Source of the DNA: Podarcis tiliguerta
Taxonomy: Eukaryota
Assembly (NCBI GenBank): GCA_965153285.1
Contig: OZ229129.1
Length of the DNA stretch: 64,000 bases
Direction: 5' to 3' (one strand)
Shown here: piece after piece, positions 61,746 to 64,000 of the stretch
Position numbering within the stretch: position 1 is the stretch's first letter
Layout of the letters: the number at the start of each line of letters is the position of its first letter
Position numbers and translations under genes: made by a program
Notes under the pieces: model-generated
The model's database searches: none
The model's input: only the letters and a program-made list of their open reading frames with translations
Told to the model about the DNA's origin: nothing

Positions 61746-62757
61746 GTAGGAAAAACTAGTTTTATCCTGTGTGCTATACTGAGTTCCTCTAAAATGCTGA
61801 ACTATCAGGAGATGATGGCTCTTCCCTTCTCTCACTTAGGAGTAAAGAAAGTCCATTGTTGGTGAAAGATTCAACAAAGCAGAATCCTGTCCATCCTGAG
61901 GAACAGTGCAGACAGGAGTGTACCCTCACAACAGGGAGAAACATCCATCATTTAGTCCAGCTGAGAAACTAGGAATCTATCCCTGGGTCTATTCTGGGTA
62001 GACAACAACAACAGGATAGCTATTATTAAATGTAATGAGAAACCCTTAAATTCTCAAATTTGCAGTGCCAGGAGCATTGCTGCAGAATTTAAGCACCACC
62101 TGCTTCTCAGCACCATGAGCAAGTCCTTCTATGTTCCTACAACCCAACTTCAAAACACCAACAGTATAGAAAGAAGCAACTCAGAAAAAATCCCCATGTT
62201 GCACAAGGTAACTCTATGACGTTCATAACAGATGCAAGAGAGCTTCTGCTGAGGTTTTTCTCCTTTTCCCACAGGGTCAACCCAGTTCTTTCATCCATAG
62301 CTCCCTCCTCTTTGCACAGTCAGGAATTGTCCAGCCAGAACAGTTTGCAGTAAATGGCCCTGTGCACAAGACAATCTACTCTCTTAATCCAAGGCACAAG
62401 GCAAAAACACAGAGCATTATAGTCTAACATTCTCAGGAGCTGCATGTGTTTATATATAAAAAAGGAAAGTGAGCACACCGCGAGGTGTTTGGAAGCTGAC
62501 ACACAATTTACTTGATAGTGCTACACACTGACAGGATGGCATCATTTACAGTACAAGCCACACAGAAGAAAATTCTGTAATAAGATGAGAGGTCCACAAC
62601 TAAACATTTCTGGGGAAAGGAGATCTTTTAACAAGATCCTGCTCCTTGTTTCTTGAGGCTGTTTCTTCTGCCCTCTACAACATTAAGCCCTCCTGCCTGC
62701 CTGCATTGCCCCTTAATGACATCAGGGCAACATAGCCAATCAAAACTCAAAAGCTTC

Positions 62758-62780
62758 ACTACTACTACTACTACTACTAC
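62758..62780. repeat. (ACT)n microsatellite
   Basis: Directly visible. Confidence 0.9.
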
Positions 62781-64000
62781 AAAATCTCATACTGCAAGAA
62801 TATAGTGCATTGCAATAAAGAGTTTTTCTGCTTTTCTCCAAGAGAAATGTATTTATTCGTTTGGTGGTTTCTTTGCTATACAAACGAGGAGGGGATGAAT
62901 GGGAGGAGTTAGGTTTGAGAAAGACATTCCCATTTCAAGTTATGAATAGGCACATAAGGTCAAGTTACATGGTGGTTTAAGATTTGGACTGTGTGTCTTT
63001 GGAACACTGCTACTATCATTATAGCTAATATATGGATTCCTGCAGACATTAACCTATCCAGCTAGGATATGCAGCAGATTTACAACAGAAAACAATCCAC
63101 CAACTTTGCATAAAAAAAAAGATAACAGAATAGCAGCAAGAGGCATTTTTTAGGCAGGCAAGTAAAAGTCCCAAGGCTAGACCCTTTACCTCTTCCACAC
63201 ATGGGGGTGTTACTGGTAATGGCTGAGCAGCTGAGGTACATCACCATTCTGCAAAACTGGAAAATTTTGAAATTAAGCTTTGGATGTAATGTACAATCTG
63301 AGATGAACAAGGTACATTGTCTTAGCATTCCCACATGCACAAAAGTCTAATGATCCAAAGTATCAGGTCCAACTACTGCTGTAACAGAGGTCCTTCTCAA
63401 CTTTGACTTCCTCCAACTACTACTGATCAAACTCCCTTCAGTTTTATTCGAAACTTGATCATATTAACAAGTCTACATTAAAAATGTTGTGTGAAGAAGA
63501 CTTGCATCTTCCAGTTCACTTCTAGTTCATAATGCTGGCATACACACTGAATGTGCACACTACCATATTGACACCAGAAAGCAACTTGGAAGTTTAACCA
63601 CAATATAATTTAGCTGTAATATAATCATATTTTCCTGTCTGTTAGATATGTTTAATAATGTTGTGTCTATTTTTGTACACTGACTGATGTATACGTTTGT
63701 GATTTATTTATTTTTGCCTGGACCAATAAATTGGTTGATTGAAATTCCCCATAATGAGAGAAATTTAAATCTGTAGGGCATATCCACCACATACATCCAA
63801 ATAGAAAAAATACTTGACACAAAAGGTTGCTTGCTGATCAGACATAAAGAATACAATAGTTTTAGATGCCTGGTTGCTGAACACCAAACATGCATGTACA
63901 GAATCCTGTTTAGCTTTCCAGCATGGAGAGTAACTTTTTGTGGAGAAATAATAATGCTCTTCTTAACAGAAGTGAGCATCACAAGCCAACCTAATTGGTG

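Noticed and set aside
1-64000. Naming the host or target gene
   Set aside because: No visible exon matches a protein I can recognise; any name would be a guess.

Overview
Vertebrate non-coding genomic DNA from a squamate reptile, most likely a lacertid lizard. The repeat set includes a Sauria SINE, a Bov-B RTE, CR1 and L2 LINEs, CR1-tailed tRNA SINEs, and many hAT and Tc1/mariner MITEs. No known protein-coding gene can be named, and almost all ORFs in the track are chance ORFs or decayed LINE frames. The window looks like a large intron or gene desert with many repeat-free, CpG-retaining, TF-motif-dense blocks that resemble conserved enhancers; conservation cannot be verified without alignments. 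Five short N runs sit inside such blocks and all have lengths of 4 mod 8, suggesting deliberate masking rather than assembly gaps. Most notable: (1) a candidate compact spliced gene on the minus strand at about 36.1-37.1 kb with an RFX X-box/MYB promoter, a Kozak ATG and in-phase exons giving a 67-95 aa unrecognised protein; (2) a 1320-bp Charlie/OC1-like hAT element with a perfect 8-bp TSD, nested in a CR1, whose transposase is replaced by GC-rich promoter/intron-like cargo (Pack-TIR-like); (3) a 5S rRNA-headed SINE-like relic.
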